From Candidatus Aminicenantales bacterium (lineage in GTDB: Bacteria; Acidobacteriota; Aminicenantia; Aminicenantales; UBA4085): DNA of 64,000 nucleotides. The stretch is from NCBI GenBank assembly GCA_049515535.1, contig JBEKTZ010000005.1, positions 1-64,000 on the forward strand, written 5' to 3'. The stretch's first letter is position 1, and each line of letters opens with the position of its first letter. This document shows positions 46,161 to 56,431 of the stretch, one piece after another. The position numbers and the translations under genes are program-made. Under the pieces are notes generated by a model. That model was not told the origin of the DNA. It ran no database searches and worked only from the letters and a program-made list of their open reading frames with translations.

Positions 46161-48113
46161 ATGCGGAGCACAGCGCTTTTCATTCTCATCACCCTCGTCG
46201 TCTTCCAACTCCCAATGGACGCGGAAGACAAGAAAGACCAGACGACGCCGCCGTCCCTTCAACACGAGATCGTCGTCACGGCTACGCGGCTCGAAACTCC
46301 GGCCCGGGAGATCGCCAGCTCCGTGACCGTAATAACGGCGACGGAATTGGAAAAAACCAAGAAAACGACGGTCCTTGAGGCATTGCAGACCGTCATGGGG
46401 CTGGCCGTCAGCCAAAACGGAGGCCCGGGAGGGGCGTCCTCGACGTTCATCCGAGGGGCGAACTCCGAACACATCCTGATCCTGTTCGACGGAGTGGAGG
46501 TCAATGACCCCATGAATCCCTCTCGCTCCTATGACCTCGCCCACTTGTCCGTCGAAAATATCGACCGAATCGAAGTCCTGCGCGGTCCCCAGAGCACGCT
46601 TTACGGTTCGGACGCCCTCGGCGGCGTCATCAACATCCTGACAAAAAAAGGGCAGGGCAAGCCCCGGCTCTCGCTGTCATCGCTCGGAGGATCCTATAGG
46701 ACGCTCGCCAGCGCCCTGGAGTTCGGCGGCTCGAGCGGCGCGGTCGATTATTCCCTAGGATTGTCGCAATACGGAACCGGAGGGATTTCGGCCGCTTCGA
46801 CGGCCTTTGCCGGCAACAAGGAAAAAGACGGCTACAATAACCTCAGCTTATCGGGGAGGCTGGGCCTCGGCTTAAAAAACGGGATCGAAGCCGATCTCGT
46901 TTTCCGCGCGATCGCCGCTAAAACGAACCTGGACAACTTCGGCGGTCCCGGCGGCGACGATCCGAACAGCACGCAGGATTACAAGTCCTTATTCCTCCGC
47001 GGCCAGGTGCGCGGCCTGTTCGCTCAAAGCCGCTGGGAGCAGAAATTGGGCTTTTCTTTTATCCGCTCGAACCGGGAACACGACAATCCTGTCGACGACG
47101 CCCATCCCTTCGACTCGGAAAAAGGGTCGTTTAAAAGCGGACGGCTCAAGGTCGATTGGCAAAACAATCTTTTTATCGCCCCGACCAACACCCTGACGTT
47201 CGGAGCGGACGCGGCGCGCGAGCAGGGAGAATCCGAATACACGTCGTTCAGCCTCTGGGGCCCCTATGAAAGCCCTTTCCCGCGGCGCCAGGCCGATCAA
47301 GCGGGCTTCTATGTTCAAGACCAGATGAAGATCGCCGGACGGTTCTACGCCACGGTCGGAGCGCGCCTGGACCATCACAGCCGCGCGGGAACGGCGTTCA
47401 CCTACCGCCTGGCTCCCGCGTATTTTATCGAAAAAACCCAGACGAAACTCAAGGCGACGATCGGCACCGGCTTCAAATCGCCCTCGCTCTATCAGCTTTT
47501 CGCGCCCGGCACGTTCTGGGGGCCGATCGGCAACGAACGTCTCAAACCCGAAGAGAGCCGGGCCTGGGATGTCGGTATCGAGCAATTTTTTCTGAACGGC
47601 CGGGCTCAGGCCGGCGTCGCCTACTTCCGGAACGACTTCCGGAACTTGATCGATTTCGACTTCAGCCTGGGCTATGTCAATATCGGCCGAGCCCGGACGC
47701 GGGGCGTCGAGATCTACGGCGAAATCCGGCCCGGCGAAAGCCTTCATCTCCGGGCATCCTACGCGCGCCTCGACGCCAAAGACCTGGACAACGGAACCGC
47801 TCTGCTGCGGCGGCCGCGCGACAAGTCTACGGCCCGGATCGATTACGCGTTTTCGGGGAAATGGAATCTCAGCGTTTCCGCGGGCTATACGGGAGAGCGG
47901 GCCGACAAGGATTTTTCGGGAACGGTCTCGCGCGACGTCACGCTTCCGGGATATTTTCTCCTGGACGCTTCGCTCTCGTTCAGCCCGAATCCGCGCGCGC
48001 AATTCTTCTTCCGTTTCGACAACATCCTCGACGCGAAATATGAGACGGTCTTCGGCTACGGCACATTGGGATTCGCGGTCTACGCGGGATTCAAAGTCGG
48101 CCTATTGAATTGA
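46161..48113 (+). CDS. btuB: TonB-dependent cobalamin receptor
   Basis: Signal peptide, EIVVTATR TonB box, IDRIEVLRGPQSTLYGSDALGGVINI plug, barrel; B12 riboswitch upstream. Confidence 0.85.
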   Translation: MRSTALFILITLVVFQLPMDAEDKKDQTTPPSLQHEIVVTATRLETPAREIASSVTVITATELEKTKKTTVLEALQTVMGLAVSQNGGPGGASSTFIRGANSEHILILFDGVEVNDPMNPSRSYDLAHLSVENIDRIEVLRGPQSTLYGSDALGGVINILTKKGQGKPRLSLSSLGGSYRTLASALEFGGSSGAVDYSLGLSQYGTGGISAASTAFAGNKEKDGYNNLSLSGRLGLGLKNGIEADLVFRAIAAKTNLDNFGGPGGDDPNSTQDYKSLFLRGQVRGLFAQSRWEQKLGFSFIRSNREHDNPVDDAHPFDSEKGSFKSGRLKVDWQNNLFIAPTNTLTFGADAAREQGESEYTSFSLWGPYESPFPRRQADQAGFYVQDQMKIAGRFYATVGARLDHHSRAGTAFTYRLAPAYFIEKTQTKLKATIGTGFKSPSLYQLFAPGTFWGPIGNERLKPEESRAWDVGIEQFFLNGRAQAGVAYFRNDFRNLIDFDFSLGYVNIGRARTRGVEIYGEIRPGESLHLRASYARLDAKDLDNGTALLRRPRDKSTARIDYAFSGKWNLSVSAGYTGERADKDFSGTVSRDVTLPGYFLLDASLSFSPNPRAQFFFRFDNILDAKYETVFGYGTLGFAVYAGFKVGLLN

Positions 48114-48166
48114 CGGCCAAGCCGTCTTCGGGGGCCCGTCAGGCCCGGCTTTTTATTTTTATCGTC

Positions 48167-48727
48167 TCATAAGTGGTCGATCAGGATCTTGATCGCGATC
48201 AAAATCAAAACGGCGCCGCCGGCGATGTCCGCCCATTTCCCGGCGATCTTCCCGAGTCCGGGTCCGATCCTGGTCCCGATCAGCGTGATGGAAAAGCAGA
48301 CAACGCCGATGACCGCGGCGGGATAAACGATGGGAACATGAAGAGCGGCCAAACTGAAACCCACCGCCAGCGCATCCAGGCTCGTCGCCAGGGATAATAC
48401 GACGAGCGAGAATCCCCGGGTCGCGTCCACGGCTTTCCGCTCCGATCGTTTCTCCTCATGAAAGGATTCGACGATCATCTTGCCGCCGACAAAGACAAGG
48501 AGGGCCGCCGCCACCCAGTGGTCGAAGCCGCCGATGAGCCCGACGAAGCTTCGCCCGGCCGCCCAGCCGGCGACCGGCATCATGAACTGAAACAGGCCGA
48601 AATGAAAAGCCAGCCGGAAAGACTGCCTGCGCGTCAGGCCGGACCGGCCGAGGCTGAGGCCGACCGAAACGGCGAAAGCGTCCGCGGCCAGGGACAAGGC
48701 GACGCCCAAGACAAAGAAGAAACTCAT
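48167..48727 (-). CDS. mntP: Manganese efflux pump MntP
   Basis: LAADAFAVS, FGLFQ..MP, DHW, ATSLDALAVG. Confidence 0.9.
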   Translation of the reverse strand: MSFFFVLGVALSLAADAFAVSVGLSLGRSGLTRRQSFRLAFHFGLFQFMMPVAGWAAGRSFVGLIGGFDHWVAAALLVFVGGKMIVESFHEEKRSERKAVDATRGFSLVVLSLATSLDALAVGFSLAALHVPIVYPAAVIGVVCFSITLIGTRIGPGLGKIAGKWADIAGGAVLILIAIKILIDHL

Positions 48728-49884
48728 TTCAGGTATTCCAGCGCCAGCGCCGCCATCAGGAAGGCGGCCGGCGGCAACGCTTTCTCGTCGAAATCGAAGG
48801 CCGGATGATGATGAGGGACCTTCGTTCCATCGCCCGCGCCGAAGAACAAAAACGCGCCGGGGACTTCCTGGAGATAGTAGGCGAAATCCTCGCCGCCCAT
48901 CACCGGCTCGACGGCCACGACATTCTCTTCGCCCAGCGCCCGTTTCGCGACGCCGAGAGCGAAATCGACAGATGCCGGGTCATTGACGAGCGGCGGGTAG
49001 CCGTCCTCATAAACAAAATCGGCCGACGCGCCCGACATCGCGCATATGCCTTCGACAATTTCGCGGAGCCTCTTCTTCACGAGCGCCTGGGTCTTCGGAT
49101 CGAACGTCCGGGCCGTTCCGGTGAGTTGCACTTCGGCCGGGATGATGTTATAGGCCGTGCCCCCATGGATCGATCCGAACGAGAGCACGGCGGGTTTCAG
49201 GGGGTCGACGTTTCGGCTGACGATGCTCTGGAGATTCGCGACGAGCGCGGCCGCGGCAAGGATGGGATCTACGGTCGCCTGCGGCATCGAGCCGTGCCCG
49301 CCCCGGCCCTTGACCGTGATCCGGAAATTGTCGGCCTGGGCCATCATCGGTCCCTTGACGCTCCCGACCGTTCCCGTCGGCATTCCCTGCCACAGATGGA
49401 GCCCGAAAATCGCGTCCACGCCCTCGAGGACACCCGCTTCGATCATCGGCTTGGCCCCGCCCGGGGGAAGTTCTTCGGCGGGCTGGCCGATGAAGACGAC
49501 GCTTCCCTTGAGTCCGCTTCTTCTTTTGGCGAGGAGTTCCGCGGCTCCCATGAACACCGCCATGTGTCCGTCGTGGGCGCAGGCGTGGGCCGCCCCGGAG
49601 TTAAGGGAGCGGTATTCCTTATCCCCTTCCTCTTGGAGAGGGAGCGCGTCCATATCGGTCCGGAGCGCGACCGTCTTGCCGCCGGGCCGGCCTTTGAGCA
49701 CCGCCCGGAGCCCCGTCCCGGCCATTTTCTTGACGGGGATCCCGAGTTCTTTGAAATGCTCCCGCAAAAACGCCGACGTCCACCGTTCTCGCGTCGCGAT
49801 TTCGGGATGCCGGTGCAGTTCGCGCCGCCAGGCAACGAGTCGGCCGCTCAAGGCTTCAACGTCCTTCCATAAATCATCCCACAT
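48724..49884 (-). CDS. M20D amidohydrolase
   Basis: RRELHRHPE, RTDMDALP, HACAHDGH, QPAEE, GGHGS.P, GGEDF, HHHP.F. Confidence 0.92.
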   Translation of the reverse strand: MWDDLWKDVEALSGRLVAWRRELHRHPEIATRERWTSAFLREHFKELGIPVKKMAGTGLRAVLKGRPGGKTVALRTDMDALPLQEEGDKEYRSLNSGAAHACAHDGHMAVFMGAAELLAKRRSGLKGSVVFIGQPAEELPPGGAKPMIEAGVLEGVDAIFGLHLWQGMPTGTVGSVKGPMMAQADNFRITVKGRGGHGSMPQATVDPILAAAALVANLQSIVSRNVDPLKPAVLSFGSIHGGTAYNIIPAEVQLTGTARTFDPKTQALVKKRLREIVEGICAMSGASADFVYEDGYPPLVNDPASVDFALGVAKRALGEENVVAVEPVMGGEDFAYYLQEVPGAFLFFGAGDGTKVPHHHPAFDFDEKALPPAAFLMAALALEYLK

Positions 49885-49902
49885 CGTCAACCTCCGTCAA
49901 TT

Positions 49903-51348
49903 TCAAGGGGAAGACCCCACCCAAAGGCCTCCGGGAAGACCCGGTCTCTTTAGAAGGCTTATGCCGACGGTTATGACGGCATTCACCCCGAGCGCGACGA
50001 ATCCCGCGTTCAAACCCAGAAAAGGATCGTGACCGCCGAAGACAAGAAAAGCGGCAAGCCCGATTCCCGCGGCCAAACCGCAAGCGACGCCGGTCCGGCT
50101 CGCTCGCTTCCAAAACAATCCCAGGACGACGCCCGGAAAGAACTGCGAGACGCCGTCATAGCCGAGGAGAAGGAGGCTGACCAAAGCGTTCGGGAAAAAA
50201 AGGGCCAGCGCCAACGCGGCCGCGGTGACCACCAAAACCATGACCCGGGAAAGGCGCATGACCTTGTCTTCGCTCGCGGCCGGATTGATGCCCCCTTGGT
50301 AGATGTTCTTGGCCAGAAGAGCGGATGTGAAAAGGACGAGAATCGACGCCGGCACCATGGCCGTCACGGCTCCGGCCGCGCCCACAAACCCAAGGAACCA
50401 GGGCGGATACGTCTTCTGGACGATCGCCAGAAAGGCCGTATCGCCGTTCTTCAACCCGGGCAGGACAAGAAACGCCGTGAACCCGACCATGAACACGAGC
50501 AGGATGGGGATCTGGTAGAAGGGCATGATGATCGCGTTGAGCTTGATGGTCTTTTCGCTCTTGGCCGAGAAGGTCGAGCCGAACATATGCGGCCACATAT
50601 AAAAGCCCAGACCCGTGAGCAGGACGGTGGACATGACCCAAAGCACGTTCATGGACGGGGCGGCGCCGGGAAAAACGAGATGCTCCGGTTTCTGGGCGAT
50701 GAACGCCTTCATCATTTTCCCGAACCCCCCGAAATAGATGCGGGGGACTCCGATCCCGACGACGACAACGGCCGCAATCATCATCACGTCTTTGATCACC
50801 GATACCCAAGCGCTCCCCCGGATCCCGCTCGTGTATACGAAAGCGCACGTCAGGATGAAGGAAATGCCGATCGCCGGCTTCGAGCCGATCGCGCCTTTGG
50901 ACGCGATCTCGACGATCATCCCCAGCCCCGCGAGCTGAAGCTGAAGATACGGCAGGATGGAGAGTACGCCGATGACCGCCACGAAAACACCGAGAGCGCG
51001 GCTTTGGTATATGTTGATGAAAAAATCGGGCTGCGTATGAAGGCGGTGGCGCTTGCCGAGTTTCCAGAGCCTGGGAAGGATGAAAAACGAGAGCGTGTAA
51101 GCGAGCGTCCCGTAGATGATAATGTAATAGGTCGGAGCGCCCTTGGAATACGCCCAACCGCTGGCGCCGAGAAATGTGAACGTCGTATAAGTCTCGCCCG
51201 CCATCAAGAGCCAGATGAGGACGCTGCCGAACCTCCGGCCGCCGACCGTCCAGTTTTCAAGGTTCATCTTGACCCGGCGGCCGGCGTAAATCCCGACGAG
51301 GGCTGAAAAAATGATCGTGCCGAAAATGATCGGGAGCGCCGCGTTCAC
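49903..51348 (-). CDS. Sodium:solute symporter
   Basis: WTVGGRRFG, TFTFLGASG, about 13 TMs; DUF3311 partner upstream. Confidence 0.9.
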   Translation of the reverse strand: MNAALPIIFGTIIFSALVGIYAGRRVKMNLENWTVGGRRFGSVLIWLLMAGETYTTFTFLGASGWAYSKGAPTYYIIIYGTLAYTLSFFILPRLWKLGKRHRLHTQPDFFINIYQSRALGVFVAVIGVLSILPYLQLQLAGLGMIVEIASKGAIGSKPAIGISFILTCAFVYTSGIRGSAWVSVIKDVMMIAAVVVVGIGVPRIYFGGFGKMMKAFIAQKPEHLVFPGAAPSMNVLWVMSTVLLTGLGFYMWPHMFGSTFSAKSEKTIKLNAIIMPFYQIPILLVFMVGFTAFLVLPGLKNGDTAFLAIVQKTYPPWFLGFVGAAGAVTAMVPASILVLFTSALLAKNIYQGGINPAASEDKVMRLSRVMVLVVTAAALALALFFPNALVSLLLLGYDGVSQFFPGVVLGLFWKRASRTGVACGLAAGIGLAAFLVFGGHDPFLGLNAGFVALGVNAVITVGISLLKRPGLPGGLWVGSSP

Positions 51349-51566
51349 TTTTCGCCCTCGTCGCCGGGCGGGTTGAATTTCTTTTCGACCTTATAGGCGA
51401 AAAACAAGAAAGCCGGGGTCAGGGCCACCCAGAAAACGATCCAGAACAGGATGAAAGGCAACCCCAAAATAACGGGTTCGACGCGGTTGACGAACGGGAG
51501 GGCAAAAACCAGCATGAGAAAAGGCACGGCGCCGAGGAGGAGGGCAAGCCGAGTCCCTTTGTGCAT
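51345..51566 (-). CDS. DUF3311-type small SSS accessory membrane protein
   Basis: PFVNRVEP.ILGLPF..FW; overlaps the SSS start. Confidence 0.85.
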   Translation of the reverse strand: MHKGTRLALLLGAVPFLMLVFALPFVNRVEPVILGLPFILFWIVFWVALTPAFLFFAYKVEKKFNPPGDEGEK

Positions 51567-51673
51567 TTAGGCTTCCTTGTCCGATGCGGCCCATTATAGC
51601 AGAGAAAAATGCGGAATGAGTAGGCCTGTCCTCGATAATTTTGCTATAATAGGATGTTTATGCGGGCGAATTC

Positions 51674-54388
51674 ATGAACTCCATGGACGAACAGATCATC
51701 CTGCGCGGCGTCAGGGTCCATAACCTGAAGTCCATCGATCTCAACATCCCCCTGCATCGATTCATCGTCGTCACCGGCGTCAGCGGCTCGGGGAAATCGT
51801 CCCTGGCCTTCGACACGCTCTACGCCGAGGGCCAGCGTCGGTACATCGAGTCGCTCTCGGCCTACGCCCGCCAATTCCTGGAACGGATGGACAAGCCCGA
51901 CGCCGACCTTATCGAGGGCATTACCCCGGCGATCGCCATTCAGCAGAAGGCCGCGACCAAGAATCCCCGCTCCACGGTCGCCACGGTCACGGAGACTTAC
52001 GACTATCTCCGTGTCCTCTTCGCCCGGATCGGCGTCGTCCACTGCCTCCGCTGCGGCGGATCTGTCGCCAGGGACACCATCGATTCCATCGCCGGGACCC
52101 TCTTCAGTCTCCCCTCTTCGACAAAAGTCTTGATCTCGTTCTCCTGGCCGGCGGAGAAGGGGCTGGCTCCGCTCAAGAAGCTGGGGTTTTTCCGCGCCGT
52201 CCGCGGCGGGGACGTCGTGGATTTCAACGACGCCGGATTCCCAAAGGACGAAAGACTCGATATCTTCGTCGACCGCCTCGCCCTCGATCCGAACGACCGC
52301 GAGCGGCTCGTCGATTCCCTCGAATCCGGTCTCAAACACGGGGGAGGCCGGGTCATGGTCCGGACCGAGGCCGGCCGCGTGTTCCTCTTCTCCGACAAGC
52401 TCGAGTGCAAGACCTGCCGGATTCCTTATGATGATCCCTTCCCCAATCTCTTTTCGTTCAACAGCCCACAGGGGGCCTGCCCCGAATGCCACGGCTTCGG
52501 CGACCAGGCCGTCCTCGACGAGGACAAGATCGTCCCCGACAAGTCCAAATCGCTCGCCGACGGCGCGATCGAGCCCTGGACCAAGCCCGTCTCGCGCGGC
52601 ATAATGCGCGAGATGCTGCGGGAAGCCCGAAAGCACGGCATCCCGGTGAACGTCCCGTTCAAAAATCTCAAGAAGGAAGGGCAGCGGTTCATTCTGGATG
52701 GCGGCGACGGATGGCTCGGCGTCAAAGGTTTTTTTGACTGGCTCCAGAAGAAAAAATACAAGGTCCAGGTTCGCGTCTTCCTCAGCCGCTATCGGAAGTT
52801 CACGGCCTGCCCGGCCTGCGGCCGGCGCCGGCTCAATGCCCAGGCTCTGAGCGTGAGAATCGGGGACATGTCCATCGGCGACGTGGTGCGCCTCACGGTC
52901 AAGGACGCCTACGAATTCTTCCAAAATCTCGAGCTCCCGTCGTTTCAAAAGCGCGTCGCCGAGAAGCTCATCGCCGAGATCCAGAACCGCTTGAAGTTCC
53001 TGCTCGAGGTCGGCCTCGACTATATCTCGCTCGACCGGATGACATTCACCCTGAGCGGCGGGGAAGCGCAGCGGATCAACCTCGCCGCGGCGCTGAGTTC
53101 CTCGCTCGTCGGGACGCTCTTCGTCCTCGACGAGCCGTCGATCGGCCTCCATCCACGCGACAACCGCAGGCTCATCCAGATCCTCAAGTCCCTGAAAGAG
53201 ATCGGCAATACAGTGATGGTCGTCGAGCACGACCCGGAGATCATCCGCTCCGCCGAACACCTGATCGACCTCGGACCGAGGGCGGGCGAGCACGGCGGCG
53301 AAATCATGTTCGAAGGCCCGATCGAAGATTTTCTGAAAAGCCCGGACTCGCTGACCGCTCGCTATATCCGCGGCGAGAAAGAGATCCCCATTCCCAAGAA
53401 AAGGCGGGAAACGAAGACGTTCCTTCTCATCAAGGACGCCCACGAGCACAACCTCCGGCACCTCGACGTGCGACTCCCCCTGAACGTGTTCACGTGCATC
53501 ACGGGCGTTTCGGGTTCCGGCAAGAGCACTCTTCTTTATGACGTCCTGTACCGGGGCTGGGCGGGAGAGGCGCGCGGCGGTTTCGAAGACATCCGGGGCC
53601 TGGATTTCATCGATAAGATCATCATGGTCGACCAATCGCCGATCAGCGCTTCCCCGCGCTCCATCCCCGCCACCTACGCCAAAGCGATGGACGGCATCCG
53701 CATCCTTTTCAGCCAGACGCGCGAAGCGAAAGCCCAGGGCTACAAACCCGGCTATTTCTCGTTCAACACGGCCGGCGGCCGTTGCGAAGACTGCCAGGGT
53801 GCCGGGCAGCAAATCGTGGAAATGCAGTTTTTGTCGGATGTCACGTTGACCTGCGAAGCCTGCAAGGGAAAGCGCTTCAAGGGCGAGATCCTCGAGATCA
53901 AATATCGCGGGAAAAACATCGACGACGTGCTCCACCTGACCGTCGACGACGCCCTCATCTTCTTCGCCGACCGGCCCGATGTCACAAAAAAGATCCAGCC
54001 GCTCCAGGATGTCGGATTGGGATATTTACGTCTGGGACAGCCGACGACGACGCTGTCCGGAGGCGAGCTCCAGCGCATCAAGCTCGCCTTCCATCTGGTC
54101 CACGAGCGGGATAAGCATATCCTTTATCTCTTCGACGAGCCGACGATCGGGCTCCACATGGACGATGTCGCGACACTCCTCCGCTGTTTCCAAAGGCTCG
54201 TGGACGCCGGGCATTCGGTCATGGTCATCGAGCACAATCTGGACGTCATCAAATGCGCGGATTATATCATCGACCTGGGGCCGGAGGGAGGAGAGAGGGG
54301 CGGCGACATCGTCGCCCAGGGATCACCTGAAGAGGTCGCCAGGTCCCGCGCCTCGATCACGGCGAAATTCCTGAAAAAGATCCTCTGA
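51674..54388 (+). CDS. uvrA: Excinuclease ABC subunit A
   Basis: Two TGVSGSGKS P-loops, zinc fingers, FSFNSPQGACP, LSGGEAQRI and LSGGELQRIKLA. Confidence 0.95.
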   Translation: MNSMDEQIILRGVRVHNLKSIDLNIPLHRFIVVTGVSGSGKSSLAFDTLYAEGQRRYIESLSAYARQFLERMDKPDADLIEGITPAIAIQQKAATKNPRSTVATVTETYDYLRVLFARIGVVHCLRCGGSVARDTIDSIAGTLFSLPSSTKVLISFSWPAEKGLAPLKKLGFFRAVRGGDVVDFNDAGFPKDERLDIFVDRLALDPNDRERLVDSLESGLKHGGGRVMVRTEAGRVFLFSDKLECKTCRIPYDDPFPNLFSFNSPQGACPECHGFGDQAVLDEDKIVPDKSKSLADGAIEPWTKPVSRGIMREMLREARKHGIPVNVPFKNLKKEGQRFILDGGDGWLGVKGFFDWLQKKKYKVQVRVFLSRYRKFTACPACGRRRLNAQALSVRIGDMSIGDVVRLTVKDAYEFFQNLELPSFQKRVAEKLIAEIQNRLKFLLEVGLDYISLDRMTFTLSGGEAQRINLAAALSSSLVGTLFVLDEPSIGLHPRDNRRLIQILKSLKEIGNTVMVVEHDPEIIRSAEHLIDLGPRAGEHGGEIMFEGPIEDFLKSPDSLTARYIRGEKEIPIPKKRRETKTFLLIKDAHEHNLRHLDVRLPLNVFTCITGVSGSGKSTLLYDVLYRGWAGEARGGFEDIRGLDFIDKIIMVDQSPISASPRSIPATYAKAMDGIRILFSQTREAKAQGYKPGYFSFNTAGGRCEDCQGAGQQIVEMQFLSDVTLTCEACKGKRFKGEILEIKYRGKNIDDVLHLTVDDALIFFADRPDVTKKIQPLQDVGLGYLRLGQPTTTLSGGELQRIKLAFHLVHERDKHILYLFDEPTIGLHMDDVATLLRCFQRLVDAGHSVMVIEHNLDVIKCADYIIDLGPEGGERGGDIVAQGSPEEVARSRASITAKFLKKIL

Positions 54389-54420
54389 TTCCCGTCGGAC
54401 GGCTTTGACCCGCCGCCGCG

Positions 54421-55659
54421 CTATTTCTTCCTCTTCGGCTGGAAATCGACCCAGTTTTCTAGGAACCGCTTATCCCCGGTCTTCGCGTCCGCGGCCACGA
54501 GAGACTCGAAAACGGCTTTGAGCTGGCCGTACGGCAGCGTGCCGATGATCATCCTGTTGTTGACGATGAGCGTCGGCGTCGAACGGATGCCGTGAGCGAA
54601 GTTTTTTGACGTCTTTTCATATTCGCTGCCGGTATCGATGATCTTCTGCACGAGATCCTTGGTGGCCTGGTCGGTGAGCGCGGCTTCCACTCCATATTTC
54701 TTGGCGAGCTCGGCCCTCCATTGGGGGTCCTTGGCCTCCTGGAAATGGCTGAAGATCTCGTCGTGGATCGCGCTGAACTTCGCCGGGTCCTTCGCCGCGA
54801 TATAGGAAAGATCACAGGCCCCCCGATGCAGGTTCTTGTCCACGACGGCATTGCACTTGTCCTCGAGCGGGAAGAATTGGAAGGCGATATTAATCTTTCC
54901 CGCAAAATCCGCTTTCAAGCGGTTGAGCTGTTCGTACATGAAGAGGCAATCGGGGCAGAGAAAATCCGCGTATTCGATCACCTGGATGGGCGCATCCTCG
55001 AAACGCTCCGTGGCCTGGGCCGTCATGAAGGGCGAGATGAAGCTCGGCGAAGGGACTTTTTCGAGGCTGTAATATTCCTTGACCACGCGGGCCGCTACTC
55101 CGCCGAGCTGGGCGTCCTGCTTGGCCCCGTAGAACAAATGAAAGCCGTAGGCGCCGGCGAGAAAGACCATCGCGAAAACGATCAGGAGCTTGATGGACGG
55201 CAAGGGCAGTTCTATCAGGCCGTGTTTCCAATATAAAAAGAAGGCGAACAGCGAAAACAGATAATAGCCCGTGCAGAGCAGACAGAGACTCTTCAAGAAG
55301 AACACGGAATAAAAGAACAGGGCGACGACGCCGAGCGCGTTAAGGAGCAGCAGGGCCTTCAGGGTCTTCTCGAAGGCTTTCGTGGGAAAGAGCGCGGCCA
55401 AACAAACCAGAAACCCGAGGACGAGCCCCGGCCAGCCCATGGGCACTCCCCGGTAGTGGGCGATCTTGGAAAAGGCCGAGCTGTTGCAGTTGAAAAAGGA
55501 GCTGATGTCGCAGAACGAACCTTTATAGATCGATTCCGGGAAGTTCGCGTTGAAAAAATGCTGGATCGTCATGAACGAAGCAGCGACCATGCCCGCTCCG
55601 GCGATGAAACTCAACAAGCGGCGTCCGAAGGAGTCGTTGATCGTCAATGAATCCGCCAT
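54421..55659 (-). CDS. VKOR-DsbA (thioredoxin) fusion
   Basis: VKOR loop C..SSFFNC and CLLC; thioredoxin CPDC and STPT cis-Pro. Confidence 0.85.
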   Translation of the reverse strand: MADSLTINDSFGRRLLSFIAGAGMVAASFMTIQHFFNANFPESIYKGSFCDISSFFNCNSSAFSKIAHYRGVPMGWPGLVLGFLVCLAALFPTKAFEKTLKALLLLNALGVVALFFYSVFFLKSLCLLCTGYYLFSLFAFFLYWKHGLIELPLPSIKLLIVFAMVFLAGAYGFHLFYGAKQDAQLGGVAARVVKEYYSLEKVPSPSFISPFMTAQATERFEDAPIQVIEYADFLCPDCLFMYEQLNRLKADFAGKINIAFQFFPLEDKCNAVVDKNLHRGACDLSYIAAKDPAKFSAIHDEIFSHFQEAKDPQWRAELAKKYGVEAALTDQATKDLVQKIIDTGSEYEKTSKNFAHGIRSTPTLIVNNRMIIGTLPYGQLKAVFESLVAADAKTGDKRFLENWVDFQPKRKK

Positions 55660-55706
55660 CCCTCTTCTCCTTTCATGATTTTGCCGTATTATATCATTTT
55701 CAAGGT

Positions 55707-55735
55707 TTGACTTCGCCCTATCCCTGGGATATAAA
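55707..55735 (+). promoter_or_regulatory. sigma-70 promoter upstream of the structured non-coding region
   Basis: TTGACT-N17-TATAAA. Confidence 0.6.
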
Positions 55736-55787
55736 TCCAGGCTGACAAAAAATCATCCAAAGCGGGCCGGAAGAAAAGCGGGTGGCA

Positions 55788-55958
55788 GGGAGAACGGGTA
55801 ACGTTTATCAGGGCGTTCCATTTCATAAATAGGGTCTGACCGCAAAATTGCGTTCACGAGATGCTCCAGGGAAGGGCGGCAGGGAGCGAAGCTCCCGTTG
55901 GAGGGAAACCCCAAAAAGGGTTTTCCTCCAAGAGTGTCCGGCGTCACCCGTTCTTCCC
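55788..55958 (+). other. Structured element 1 (closed by an inverted repeat of about 16 bp)
   Basis: GGGAGAACGGGTAACG / CGTCACCCGTTCTTCCC; GGGAGC-GAA-GCTCCC; 14-bp stem at 55898-55931. Confidence 0.75.
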
Positions 55959-55985
55959 GCAGTATTTCTTATGTCAACGAAGCAA

Positions 55986-56254
55986 AGGATATGCTGCTCG
56001 GAACCCGTCCGAGAGCGAGAGCGGGCATGGTTCGGAAAAACGCAGTTTTTCCGAGAGCTCGAGAGCGAGGCCGAGCGGATTTGAGGATTTGTGCTCTGGC
56101 TCAAATCCTCGGGGACTCCAAGGGGGCATGCCCCCTTGGGTCGCAGGGCTCTTGCCCGAGAAGGGGAGGCAGGGAGCGGAGCGACCGTTGGAAGGGGTCT
56201 TCCCCTCCAAAGGCGCGAGTGGGAAAATCCGCGTGGTGACGAGCAGCGTATCCT
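55986..56254 (+). other. Structured element 2 (closed by a 15-bp inverted repeat)
   Basis: AGGATATGCTGCTCG / CGAGCAGCGTATCCT; hairpins at 56032-56054, 56083-56110 and 56188-56210; perfect 22-bp palindrome at 56118-56139. Confidence 0.8.
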
Positions 56255-56431
56255 GAGCGCTCCCCGACGGGAAGATAAAAACTGTTCGAGGGTCCAGGCT
56301 CACCGCTATTGACACAGACGCGCTTCTGACAATATATTCTTAGCCTCTATGGGAATTCGGGCGTCGGCCGGAAAAGTTTTTCCCAAGCGGAGGAAAACCG
56401 AAAAGGGGGCTATTTGGGAGGAGGCCAGGCC

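Noticed and set aside
51644..53935. Long antisense ORFs (763 aa opposite uvrA; also opposite pilB, ctpA, recA and the lyase)
   Set aside because: Shadow frames expected from high-GC codon bias; no motifs, and they overlap well-supported genes.
54421..55659. VKOR-DsbA fusion as a novelty
   Set aside because: VKOR-thioredoxin fusions are an established disulfide-formation architecture.
55740..56300. RNase P RNA, tmRNA, SRP RNA or group II intron; also the short ORFs listed here
   Set aside because: No GAGGAAAGTCC, tRNA-like ends, SRP GGAAGGAAGCAGC loop or domain V motif was found. The ORFs lack an RBS and run through palindromes.
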